64,000 bases of DNA from Bradymonadia bacterium (GTDB lineage: Bacteria; Myxococcota_A; Bradymonadia; UBA7976; UBA1532), in contig JBKAGE010000002.1 in NCBI GenBank assembly GCA_046290225.1, positions 33,392 to 97,391 on the forward strand, in the 5' to 3' direction. Shown in pieces: positions 38,458-47,241 of the stretch. Every line of letters starts with the position of its first letter. Position 1 is the stretch's first letter. A model generated the notes under the pieces. That model was not told where the DNA came from. It saw only the letters and a program-made list of their open reading frames with translations, and did no database searches. The position numbers and the translations under genes are program-made.

Positions 38458-38880
38458 ATGATGCAGCTGAAGATGACCATCGACGAGATTCACGCACTGC
38501 TCGACGGGGTGTGGCCCGCCATCGGCGACTATTACCGAATCACCGAGCTCAGCCCCGGCACAGCAACGATCGTGTTCCAGACCCGCGAGTCGGATCTACG
38601 ACCCGGGGGCACGATCTCGGGGCCCACGGTCTTCACGGTGGCTGATCTGGCATTCTACCTCGCCACGCTTGCTGTGATTGGGCCCGAGGCCCTCACGGTG
38701 ACCACCAACCTCTCGGTGAACTTCATGCGCAAGGCACAGCTGGGGCCCCTGCGGGGTGAGGCCCGGGTGCTCAAGCTGGGGCGCTCACTCTCTGTGGGCG
38801 ATGTGATGGTCTACAGCGATGTTGACGATGCGCTCATCGCCCACGCTTCGGTGACGTATTCGATCCCGCCGAAGAGGTAG
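38458..38880 (+). CDS. PaaI-family thioesterase
   Basis: LRPGGTISGP, TTNLSVNF, VLKLGR. Confidence 0.9.
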   Translation: MMQLKMTIDEIHALLDGVWPAIGDYYRITELSPGTATIVFQTRESDLRPGGTISGPTVFTVADLAFYLATLAVIGPEALTVTTNLSVNFMRKAQLGPLRGEARVLKLGRSLSVGDVMVYSDVDDALIAHASVTYSIPPKR

Positions 38881-38903
38881 GGCTCATCGTACGCAGCGTT
38901 CGT

Positions 38904-40709
38904 TCAGAACCACTCTGGCTTCATCGACAGTGTCGTGTCGTCCAGGCTCTTCAGCAGTGCAGCGTGTTGCTCGATGACTGGCAACTCGTAGCGATAGAAG
39001 AACTGCGCCGCCTGCAGCTTGCCTCGACAGAACCCCTCGTCCCCTGCCCCTGATTCGAGCCGACGGGCAGCCACCGCCGCCTGCTCAAGCCACATCCAGG
39101 CGATCACCGTGTGGCCCACCATCAGCAAGTAAGTGTACGCGTTGGCCAGGAACAGCCTCACCTGCCCCTGCATGGCGACACCGGCGAGCGACATGGTGGT
39201 CTCCGCCACCTGGCTCAATGCTTTGGAGAGACCCGTGCACAGCTCTTCGAGGCCCTCGACCCCATGGTTGCGCTCGACGCTGGCGGTGATCTCCCCCATG
39301 AGGCGCTTGAGGGCCCGACCCTGGTGCATCATGGCCTTGCGGCCGAGCAGATCCATACCCTGGATGCCGTTGGTGCCCTCGTGGATCGGGTTGAGCCGAT
39401 TGTCCCGGTAGTAGCGCTCCACGGGGTAGTCACGGGTGTACCCGCAGCCCCCGAGAATCTGGATGGCATAGTCATTGGCTCGGGGCCCATACTCCGACGG
39501 CCAGGCCTTGGCGATGGGGGTCAAAATCTGTAGCAGATCGTCGGCCCGCTCCCGATCCTCGTCACTCTCTGCGGTGGCCATCTCGTCGATGAGCCGGGCG
39601 CAATACACGCCCAGGGCCATGCCGCCCTCGGCGTAGGCTTTCTGGGCGAGCAGCATGCGCCGCACATCGGCGTGCTCGATGAGGGCCACCGGCGGTGTCG
39701 TGGGATCACGCTGATCGGGGTGACGCCCCTGGGTCCGCTCGCGAGCGTACTGCAGCGAGTAGCGATAGCCGGCATAGCCGAGCATGCTGGCGCCGAGGCC
39801 CACACCCACCCGGGCCTCGTTCATCATGTGGAACATGTACTTCAGGCCATGGTGAGGCTTGCCCACGAGGTGCCCCACAGCGGGGGCGTCGTCGCCGAAG
39901 ACGAGGGCGGTGTTCACGGTGCCCCGGTAGCCCATCTTGTGATTGAGACCGATGAGTTTCACCCCGTTGTGGGCCCCAACCTTGCCCTCGGCGTCGATGT
40001 GATGCCGCGGCACGATGAACAGAGAGATGCCCTTCACGCCCGGAGGCGCGTCGGGCAGCCGCGCGAGCACGAGGTGCACGATGCTCTCCGAGAGCTCGTG
40101 CTCTCCGCCGGAGATCCACATTTTGTCGCCGATGATGTGGTAGGTGCCGTCCTCTTGCGGATGCGCCATACACCGCACATCGGCAAGGGAGGATCCGGCG
40201 TGGGGCTCCGACAAGCACATGGTGCCGAAGAACCGCCCTTCGAGCATGGGGGCCATGAACCGGCTCTTCTGTTCATCGCTGGCGAAGGCGTTGAGCAAGT
40301 TCGCCGCGGCGACGGTGAGCATCGGGTAGGCCGCCGTGGAAGGGTTGGCGGCATAGAAGGCAGCCATGAAGGCTTGCATGACGGTGTACGGCAACCCAAG
40401 CCCGCCCGCCTCCTCGGGGAACGCCGCAGGCAGCAACCCGCTGTCGACGAAGGCCTCGAGGGCGGCCTTGACCTCGGGGATCAGGTGCACCTGGTCGCCG
40501 TCCCAATGGGGCTCATTGTCATCGAGCTTTGCAGCATGGGTGTCGAAGGCCCCAGCGGCGAGCTTGATGGCGGCCTCGAGCATGGCGTCGAGGGTGGCCC
40601 GGTCATGTTGGGCGAAGGCAGGGCGCTCGAGCAGCTGCTCGATCTGGAACACGTCGTGGAGCAAGAACTCGAGATCGCGCTGCAAGGTGGCGAATGTGGT
40701 CTCGGGCAT
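38904..40709 (-). CDS. Acyl-CoA dehydrogenase
   Basis: GTMCLSEPHAGSSL, G.KMWISGG, KGISLF, MMNEAR, IHEGTNGIQ. Confidence 0.94.
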   Translation of the reverse strand: MPETTFATLQRDLEFLLHDVFQIEQLLERPAFAQHDRATLDAMLEAAIKLAAGAFDTHAAKLDDNEPHWDGDQVHLIPEVKAALEAFVDSGLLPAAFPEEAGGLGLPYTVMQAFMAAFYAANPSTAAYPMLTVAAANLLNAFASDEQKSRFMAPMLEGRFFGTMCLSEPHAGSSLADVRCMAHPQEDGTYHIIGDKMWISGGEHELSESIVHLVLARLPDAPPGVKGISLFIVPRHHIDAEGKVGAHNGVKLIGLNHKMGYRGTVNTALVFGDDAPAVGHLVGKPHHGLKYMFHMMNEARVGVGLGASMLGYAGYRYSLQYARERTQGRHPDQRDPTTPPVALIEHADVRRMLLAQKAYAEGGMALGVYCARLIDEMATAESDEDRERADDLLQILTPIAKAWPSEYGPRANDYAIQILGGCGYTRDYPVERYYRDNRLNPIHEGTNGIQGMDLLGRKAMMHQGRALKRLMGEITASVERNHGVEGLEELCTGLSKALSQVAETTMSLAGVAMQGQVRLFLANAYTYLLMVGHTVIAWMWLEQAAVAARRLESGAGDEGFCRGKLQAAQFFYRYELPVIEQHAALLKSLDDTTLSMKPEWF

Positions 40710-40774
40710 TGGGGAACCTCTGCAGGGGGTGATGCAGGGGTTATACAGCATCACGCGTTAAACGGCCGTGCTTC

Positions 40775-41190
40775 GCTTAGAGCGGACGACCGTGCCTTCG
40801 GCACCGTCTGTAGCGGACGGTCATCGCCTTTGGCGACAGCCTGTAGCGGACGCCTCGCCTTCGGCGAGAGCTGTAGCGGACGCCGAGTCTGCCTTCGGCA
40901 GCCTGAGCTGTAGCTTTCTTAAGAGAGTTGGGGGTGTTGACTCATCTACTGCGAATGTGAGCAACTCTGCCGCACCACTTTCTGCGCAGGCTCCAACCAG
41001 GGTTGAAAAGCCCAGCAGAGACACCAAAACTCTCTTAAGAAAGCTACAGCCCAATCCTGCCAGAGGCAGGATAGGCGTCCGCTACAGGCCGAAGGCCGTC
41101 CGCTCAGCTTTGTGCCAAAGGCACAGGCGTCCGCTACAGGCCGCGTCGAAGACGGGGCCGTCCGCTCAGCGTGCGAGTACGACCGTCCGC
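40775..41190. repeat. Composite inverted array of CTGTAGCGGACG/CTGAGCGGACG units separated by triloop hairpins, around a 23-bp perfect inverted repeat (REP/BIME-like or structured RNA)
   Basis: Left units at 40780, 40808, 40841, 40871; inverted units at 41074, 41094, 41126, 41156; core IR 40907-40929/41028-41050. Confidence 0.9.
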
Positions 41191-41212
41191 CAACGCCCGA
41201 TGGAGCGAGTTG

Positions 41213-41962
41213 ATGAGCATCGTCTACGGTGATCCCCCACCCCTGAAGACCCCCGATCTGCCTGACATGGGCCTGCGGACCGATCCGCCGAAGATCTTGA
41301 TGTTGTACGGATCTCTGCGCGAGCGATCGTACAGTCGCTTGCTCGCAGAAGAGGCCGGGCGGGTCTTGGAGGGCATGGGCTGCGAGGTCCGCTTCTTCAA
41401 CCCCAAAGATCTGCCGGTGAAATCCCCCGAGCACGAAGATCACCCTGAGGTGCAGCGACTGCGCGAGTTGTCGATGTGGTCCGAGGGGCATGTGTGGTCC
41501 TGCCCCGAGATGCACGGAGCCATCACCGGAGTGTTCAAGAACCAGATCGACTGGATCCCATTGTCCATCGGCGCGGTTCGCCCAACACAGGGGCGCACCC
41601 TGGCGGTGATGCAAGTCTGCGGGGGCTCACAATCGTTCAATGTGGTGAACACCCTGCGGTTGCTCGGCCGTTGGATGCGCATGCTCACGATCCCCAACCA
41701 GTCTTCAGTGGCGAAGGCCTACCAGGAGTTCCACGACGATGGTCGTATGAAAGACTCGGCCTATCGCAACCGGGTGGTCGACGTGATGGAAGAGCTCTAC
41801 AAGTTCACCATGCTCACCCGGGACATCCGCGACTTCCTGGTGGATCGCTACAGCGAGCGTCGTGAAGCGCTGGCGAAGGCAATGTCTGAACATGGGCTGT
41901 CCGAGGACGGCCTGCTCGACCCGGACAACCCCAAACACCGCATCGGGAAGGAGGGGCTCTGA
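41213..41962 (+). CDS. arsH: Arsenical resistance flavoprotein ArsH
   Basis: [38 protein letters not shown]. Confidence 0.95.
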   Translation: MSIVYGDPPPLKTPDLPDMGLRTDPPKILMLYGSLRERSYSRLLAEEAGRVLEGMGCEVRFFNPKDLPVKSPEHEDHPEVQRLRELSMWSEGHVWSCPEMHGAITGVFKNQIDWIPLSIGAVRPTQGRTLAVMQVCGGSQSFNVVNTLRLLGRWMRMLTIPNQSSVAKAYQEFHDDGRMKDSAYRNRVVDVMEELYKFTMLTRDIRDFLVDRYSERREALAKAMSEHGLSEDGLLDPDNPKHRIGKEGL

Positions 41963-42396
41963 TGGCCAACCTTCAATTCGACAGTGTGCTCTTTCTCTGT
42001 GTGGCCAACTCCGCCCGCTCACAGATGGCCGAGGGGCTCGCCCGAGATCTCTTCGGTGACGCAGTTCAGGTGCAGTCCGCGGGCTCGTCCCCCTCTCGTG
42101 TGAACCCCTGGGCCATCAAAGCCATGGCCGAGCTCGGCATCAGCCTCGACGCACACACCTCGAAGTCGGTGCAGACCATCGATCCCGCCTCTGTCGATCT
42201 GGTGATCACGTTGTGCGCCGAGGAGGTGTGCCCGGTCTTCTTGAGTGAAGCGGAGCGTCTGCACTGGCCTCTACAAGACCCGGATCGCAAACACGAAGAT
42301 CTCGCTGACGAGGAACGCCTGCACCACTTCCGAGTCGCTCGGGACGAGATCCGCAGACGCCTCGAAGCGCTGCGTGCTGACCGTCGCTCAGACTGA
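41962..42396 (+). CDS. arsC: Thioredoxin-type arsenate reductase (LMW-PTP fold)
   Basis: [32 protein letters not shown]. Confidence 0.9.
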   Translation: MANLQFDSVLFLCVANSARSQMAEGLARDLFGDAVQVQSAGSSPSRVNPWAIKAMAELGISLDAHTSKSVQTIDPASVDLVITLCAEEVCPVFLSEAERLHWPLQDPDRKHEDLADEERLHHFRVARDEIRRRLEALRADRRSD

Positions 42397-42918
42397 GCGA
42401 ACGCGCGGAAACCGATCGGGCTGATGATAGTCGGGCTTCGGCCCCGGCAATGGATGCCAGGCAAGATGCTCACCTGAAAGAATGGCAAAGGCGTTCATGG
42501 CCTCGAGCCCTCGGGGGATCATCTCGTGGGGTACGGTGAGCATGGTTACCCATCCCCTGCCCTCGTCCATCCACGTCACCTTCGGCCACCAGTCGGCGAA
42601 CGCGCGCCGCCGCTGACGCACGCCGTCGAAATCCAAGGCGAGGTAGCGCCCCTCGGGGCCCAGCTCCAACTCGAGATAGATGTCAGCGCCGACGAGGAAC
42701 AGCTCCACGACGTCGTAGCGCCACAAGTCGGCGACGCGGTGACCAACGGGTGCCTCTGGAAGGCATGGGCTGGGCTGATGGGGTGCCCTGGCGATCACCG
42801 ACAACCCCTCGGGGACCTCTCGCAACTCGAGGGTGGCGTGCAGGGTCGGCGCTGGCGCCTCTGCACCGTCCCAGGACCGCTCGATGACAATGTGTTTCGG
42901 CAACCCGTATCTGGCCAT
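42388..42918 (-). CDS. Hypothetical protein, DOMON/CBM9-like
   Basis: [10 protein letters not shown]...[10 protein letters not shown]-terminal PDYH. Confidence 0.6.
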   Translation of the reverse strand: MARYGLPKHIVIERSWDGAEAPAPTLHATLELREVPEGLSVIARAPHQPSPCLPEAPVGHRVADLWRYDVVELFLVGADIYLELELGPEGRYLALDFDGVRQRRRAFADWWPKVTWMDEGRGWVTMLTVPHEMIPRGLEAMNAFAILSGEHLAWHPLPGPKPDYHQPDRFPRVRSV

Positions 42919-43062
42919 GTCTTCCCCTACACAGGCGCTTCAAGGTCGGGAGAGGCTACCCAAATCGGGGCAGTGCACACCAACCCACATCAGCAAAAGC
43001 TTGTGCCTGTGCAGGCATCGGAGAACGATGCCCCCGTCTACCCCGCGCCCGTGGAGCTTCTG

Positions 43063-43458
43063 ATGGTCATCACCCCACTCTATCTCGCCCTCGTCTCCCT
43101 GCTCTTCATCGGCCTCACAGCCAAGGTCATCCTCGGCCGACGTGGCCACGGCGTCAGCCTCGGTGACGGTGAGCACAAGAGCCTGCGCAAAGCCATCCGC
43201 GCCCATGGAAACTGCGCGGAGTACGCCCCCTTCTCTCTGTTGCTCATGGTGTCGCTCGAATCTCAGGGCGGCGCCGCATGGCAGCTGCACCTGCTCGGCA
43301 GCCTGCTCCTCGTCGGCCGCGCGGTACACGCCTACGGCCTCACCCGCCCTCATGAGGTGAATTCCATGCGGATCGTGGGCATGGTGATGACCCTGATGTC
43401 GATCATCGCTGGCTCGGTGATGAACCTGGCCGCTTTGCGCTGGGGCCACCTTTTCTGA
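43063..43458 (+). CDS. MAPEG-family membrane protein
   Basis: IRAHGNCAEYAP, GRAVHAYG. Confidence 0.88.
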   Translation: MVITPLYLALVSLLFIGLTAKVILGRRGHGVSLGDGEHKSLRKAIRAHGNCAEYAPFSLLLMVSLESQGGAAWQLHLLGSLLLVGRAVHAYGLTRPHEVNSMRIVGMVMTLMSIIAGSVMNLAALRWGHLF

Positions 43459-43542
43459 TCGTGCTCTGCGTTCGGATTGAGTTGGGAGAGCACGATGAGA
43501 GAACCACCTTCCACGGCCAGCAGACATCTCGTGAGGCGTCTC

Positions 43543-45279
43543 ATGCGCACCTGTTTCTTCTGTCTCGCCATGTGTTTGCTGTGGGCCTGCGAGGACTCGG
43601 ACTTCGCCAACGCGGTCCCAGGTGGGCGACAGCCAGACAGCACAGTCGCCATCGAGCCTGATGCTGCGACCATCGCGGATGCAGCCACCCAATCCGATGC
43701 ACGCATCGCAGATGCCAGCGTCCCTGATGCAGCTGTGCCCGATGCAGGCGCCCCCGTTCAGCAGCGGTGGTGGCACGATGATGTCTTCTACGAGATCTTC
43801 GTCCGCAGCTTTCAGGACAGCGATGGCGACGGCGTCGGCGACATCAACGGCCTCATCAGCCGCCTTGACGCGCTGAACGACGGCGATCCGAGCACTGACA
43901 CCGACCTGGGCATCACCGGACTCTGGTTGATGCCGATTCACCCCTCGCCGAGCTACCACGGCTACGATGTCACCGACTATCGGGGCATCAACCCCGACTA
44001 CGGCACCATGGCCGACTTCGAGCGCCTGCTCGACGAGGCCCATGCCCGAGGCATCAGCGTGGTGATCGATCTGGTGGTGAACCACAGCTCGGCTCAGCAC
44101 CCCTGGTTCATCGACGCCCGCACCGGCGAAGAGGCTGAGCATCGTGACTGGTATGTCTGGCGACGCACTGATCCGCGGTGGCAGGCCCCCTTCGGCCTCG
44201 GGCCCACGCTCTGGCACGGCGCCCCCGGCGGATGGCTATACTACGGGGTGTTCTGGTCGGGCATGCCCGATCTCAACCACCGCAATGAGGCGGTGTACGC
44301 CGAGATGCTCGACACCGCCCGAGAGTGGCTCGACCGTGGCGTCGACGGCTTCAGATTCGATGCGGTGCGTTATCTGATCGAGACGGAAGATGGCGAGCTC
44401 GCCGACATCGACGAGACCCACGACTGGTTCAAGCGGCTACGTGCGGATCTCGACGCCACCCACCCCGAGGCGCTGCTGCTCGCCGAGGCCTGGAGCAACA
44501 CCGAGAAGGTGGCGGCGTACTATGGCGACGATGACGAGCTGCACCTCGCCTTCAACTTCGATCTGTCTCAGGCGATCCAGCAGGCCACTATTACGGGTGA
44601 CGCCTCTGGCCTGCGGTTCACCCTCGACAGCGCCCGCCGCACCTTCGCCACTCGGCGCTTCGAAGCGCCCTTCATCACCAACCACGACATGAACCGTCTC
44701 ATGCGGGACAACCGCGTGGGGGTGCCGGAGTTTAAGGTGGCCATGGCTCTGCTCATGGGGCTCCCGGGCACGCCGTTTCTCTACTATGGCGAAGAGATCG
44801 GGATGGAGGGCGGCCCCCTCGAAGCAGACGAGGACAAGCGCACCCCCATGCGCTGGACCCCCGACGACCCGCACTTCGGCTTCACCGACGGCACCCCCTG
44901 GCGCAGCCGCTCGGAAGACGAGGGCGTCGACGTGGCCACTCAGCGAGACGATCCAACCTCGCTCTGGTCTCACACACGCGACCTGATCGCGCTGCGCAGC
45001 TCTGATTTGCTGTGGTCTCTCGGCGACACGATGCGCCTGGACACCCCGAGCAAGGGCGTGGTGGCGCTGATGCGCACATACGAGGGCCGTAGGGGCATTG
45101 TGGCGGTGAACTTCGATCGCACCGACATCGACGTCCCCATCGAGATCGAGCTGCCGGCTCCGGCAGAGGGGCTTTTGGTGCAAGCCTTCTCACCAGACGC
45201 CAGCGTACGCCTCGACGGCGATCGATTGATCATCAATGGCCTCGGCGCCCTGGGCTGGATCTACCTTCAGCTGCAGTGA
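43543..45279 (+). CDS. GH13 alpha-amylase-family lipoprotein
   Basis: FYEIFVRSF.DSDGDG.GD, DLVVNH, GFRFDA, EAW, NHD, YYGEEIG. Confidence 0.92.
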   Translation: MRTCFFCLAMCLLWACEDSDFANAVPGGRQPDSTVAIEPDAATIADAATQSDARIADASVPDAAVPDAGAPVQQRWWHDDVFYEIFVRSFQDSDGDGVGDINGLISRLDALNDGDPSTDTDLGITGLWLMPIHPSPSYHGYDVTDYRGINPDYGTMADFERLLDEAHARGISVVIDLVVNHSSAQHPWFIDARTGEEAEHRDWYVWRRTDPRWQAPFGLGPTLWHGAPGGWLYYGVFWSGMPDLNHRNEAVYAEMLDTAREWLDRGVDGFRFDAVRYLIETEDGELADIDETHDWFKRLRADLDATHPEALLLAEAWSNTEKVAAYYGDDDELHLAFNFDLSQAIQQATITGDASGLRFTLDSARRTFATRRFEAPFITNHDMNRLMRDNRVGVPEFKVAMALLMGLPGTPFLYYGEEIGMEGGPLEADEDKRTPMRWTPDDPHFGFTDGTPWRSRSEDEGVDVATQRDDPTSLWSHTRDLIALRSSDLLWSLGDTMRLDTPSKGVVALMRTYEGRRGIVAVNFDRTDIDVPIEIELPAPAEGLLVQAFSPDASVRLDGDRLIINGLGALGWIYLQLQ

Positions 45280-45309
45280 GCCCAACTCAACTCTCAGGAG
45301 ACCCTTCTG

Positions 45310-46263
45310 ATGCACACCCTCAAGCTCAACAACGGCCTCACCCTGCCCGCCTTCGGCCTCGGCACCTGGAAGTCAGCGCCCGGTGAGGTCAAGCAGGCCG
45401 TCGTCGAGGCCGTGAAGGCGGGATACCGCCACATCGACTGCGCCTGGATCTACGGCAACGAAGCCGAGGTGGGGCAAGCTTTCGCCGAGCTCTTCGCTCA
45501 AGGCGTGGTCACTCGAGATGATCTCTGGGTCACCTCGAAGCTGTGGAACGACCGCCACCGCCCTGAAGACGTCGCTGGTGGGCTGGCAGAGACCCTGAGC
45601 AACCTGGGCCTCGACCACCTCGACCTGTACTTGATCCACTGGCCCGTGGCCCACAAGAAAGGTGTGGTCGCCCCCGAGACTGGTGCCGATCAGCTCAGCC
45701 TCGACGAGGTGCCTCTCGCAGAGACCTGGGGCGCCATGGAGGCCCTCGTGGATGCCGGCACGTGCCGCAGCATTGGGGTATCGAACTTCAGCGTGGCCAA
45801 GCTAACGGATCTGATGGGCAAGGCCCGCATCGCCCCGGTGGCCAACCAGGTGGAGAGCCATCCCTACCTGCAGCAGCCTGCCCTCTTCGAGTACTGCAAG
45901 TCGGTGAACATCGCCCTCACCGCATACTCGCCCCTGGGCTCTGGTGATCGCGCCGCTCAGTTCAAGCCCGCCGACGAGCCGGTGCTGCTGGAAGACACCA
46001 CCATCGTGGAGATCGCCGAGGGTCATGGGGCGAGCCCGGCGCAGGTGCTCATCGCCTGGGCGCTTCAGCGTGGCACCTCAGTGATCCCCAAGTCGGTGAA
46101 CCCGGGGCGGATTCGCCAGAACATCGCCGCCACGGAGATCAAACTCAGCGACGATGACATGACCCGCATCGCCGGGCTCGAGCGTCACCGGCGGTACATC
46201 GACGGCACATTCTGGGCGAAAGAGGACGGGCCCTACACGTTGGAGAGTCTCTGGGACGAGTGA
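45310..46263 (+). CDS. Aldo/keto reductase
   Basis: GLGTW, GYRHIDCA..YGNE, DLYLIHWP, IGVSNF, IPKS. Confidence 0.95.
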   Translation: MHTLKLNNGLTLPAFGLGTWKSAPGEVKQAVVEAVKAGYRHIDCAWIYGNEAEVGQAFAELFAQGVVTRDDLWVTSKLWNDRHRPEDVAGGLAETLSNLGLDHLDLYLIHWPVAHKKGVVAPETGADQLSLDEVPLAETWGAMEALVDAGTCRSIGVSNFSVAKLTDLMGKARIAPVANQVESHPYLQQPALFEYCKSVNIALTAYSPLGSGDRAAQFKPADEPVLLEDTTIVEIAEGHGASPAQVLIAWALQRGTSVIPKSVNPGRIRQNIAATEIKLSDDDMTRIAGLERHRRYIDGTFWAKEDGPYTLESLWDE

Positions 46264-46337
46264 GCGCGGAACGCCCACATCACTTCACGAAGTGACCTCT
46301 TCTCATCGAGGCGTTTTATGCCTCAAATGCCAAGACA

Positions 46338-47048
46338 TCAGTCATCTCGCGCAAAGCTCGCCGCATTGGCCGTCGTCGCCGAGGCTACATCCCCTTCACC
46401 GAAGAAGGCCGGGCGAGGCTCGGGCAGCTGCAGCGCCGCCTGTGTCAACGGCCGAGCGTCGATGCGAGCGAACCATGCGTTGAGATTGTCGAGCCCTTCG
46501 GTCGAGACCTTGGCCCAGAAATGCGTACGGGCCCAGGGATACATGATCATGTCGGCGATGGAGTAATCGTCGCCCACCAGCCACTGGCGGCCCTTCAGGC
46601 GCGTGTCGAGCACCTCGAGCAAGCGGCGCGACTCTCTGACATAGCGATCAATGGCGTAGGGCACCTCGTCCCCCTGTGGCGCCGCGATGCGCTGGAAATA
46701 CATCGCCTGCCCCATCATCGGCCCCACCCCGCCCATTTGGAACATCATCCACTGTAGGGTCTCCGAACGCAGCTTGGGATCATGAGACAAGAAGCGATCG
46801 TACTTCTCGGCGAGATACCAGAGGATCGCCCCGGACTCGAAGACCACGAAGTCGTCGTTGCCCCGATCGACGATGGTGGGGATGCGGCCGTTGGGGTTGA
46901 GCTTCAGGTACCAGTCCGACTTCTGCATACGCTCATCGAAGCGGATGTAGGTCAGGTCATAGGACACCTCGGCCTCGTGCAGGAAGATGAGGGGCTTCCA
47001 ACCGTTCATGGTGGCCGCGGTGTAGAGGTGGATATCGGGTGTAGACAC
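46338..47048 (-). CDS. Glutathione S-transferase (YfcG/YghU-like)
   Basis: LNPNGRIPTI, VFESGAIL.YLAEK, YSIADM. Confidence 0.92.
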   Translation of the reverse strand: MSTPDIHLYTAATMNGWKPLIFLHEAEVSYDLTYIRFDERMQKSDWYLKLNPNGRIPTIVDRGNDDFVVFESGAILWYLAEKYDRFLSHDPKLRSETLQWMMFQMGGVGPMMGQAMYFQRIAAPQGDEVPYAIDRYVRESRRLLEVLDTRLKGRQWLVGDDYSIADMIMYPWARTHFWAKVSTEGLDNLNAWFARIDARPLTQAALQLPEPRPAFFGEGDVASATTANAASFARDD

Positions 47049-47241
47049 GGATCAGGTCTCCACGGGCGCGAAGTGGGTCTTCATTGTCTGGCCGTAGATT
47101 ACGTAGCCGTGGGCAGCGCGCTTCGGCAAGAGGCTCACAGCGAAGTGGCCCGTGCTGAGGGCACACTGAAGACAATCGCACGTCGGCCATCGCGGATTTC
47201 GGGCGCATTTGACGCACCTCCACTGAACACGGAGGCATCGA

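Noticed and set aside
40775..41190. CRISPR array
   Set aside because: Repeats are only 12-14 bp, spacers are related hairpins, the two halves are inverted, and there are no cas genes.
40768..41232. ORFs across the repeat region (154 aa + strand, 77 aa - strand)
   Set aside because: Their periodic sequence comes from the DNA repeats; no protein motif or RBS.
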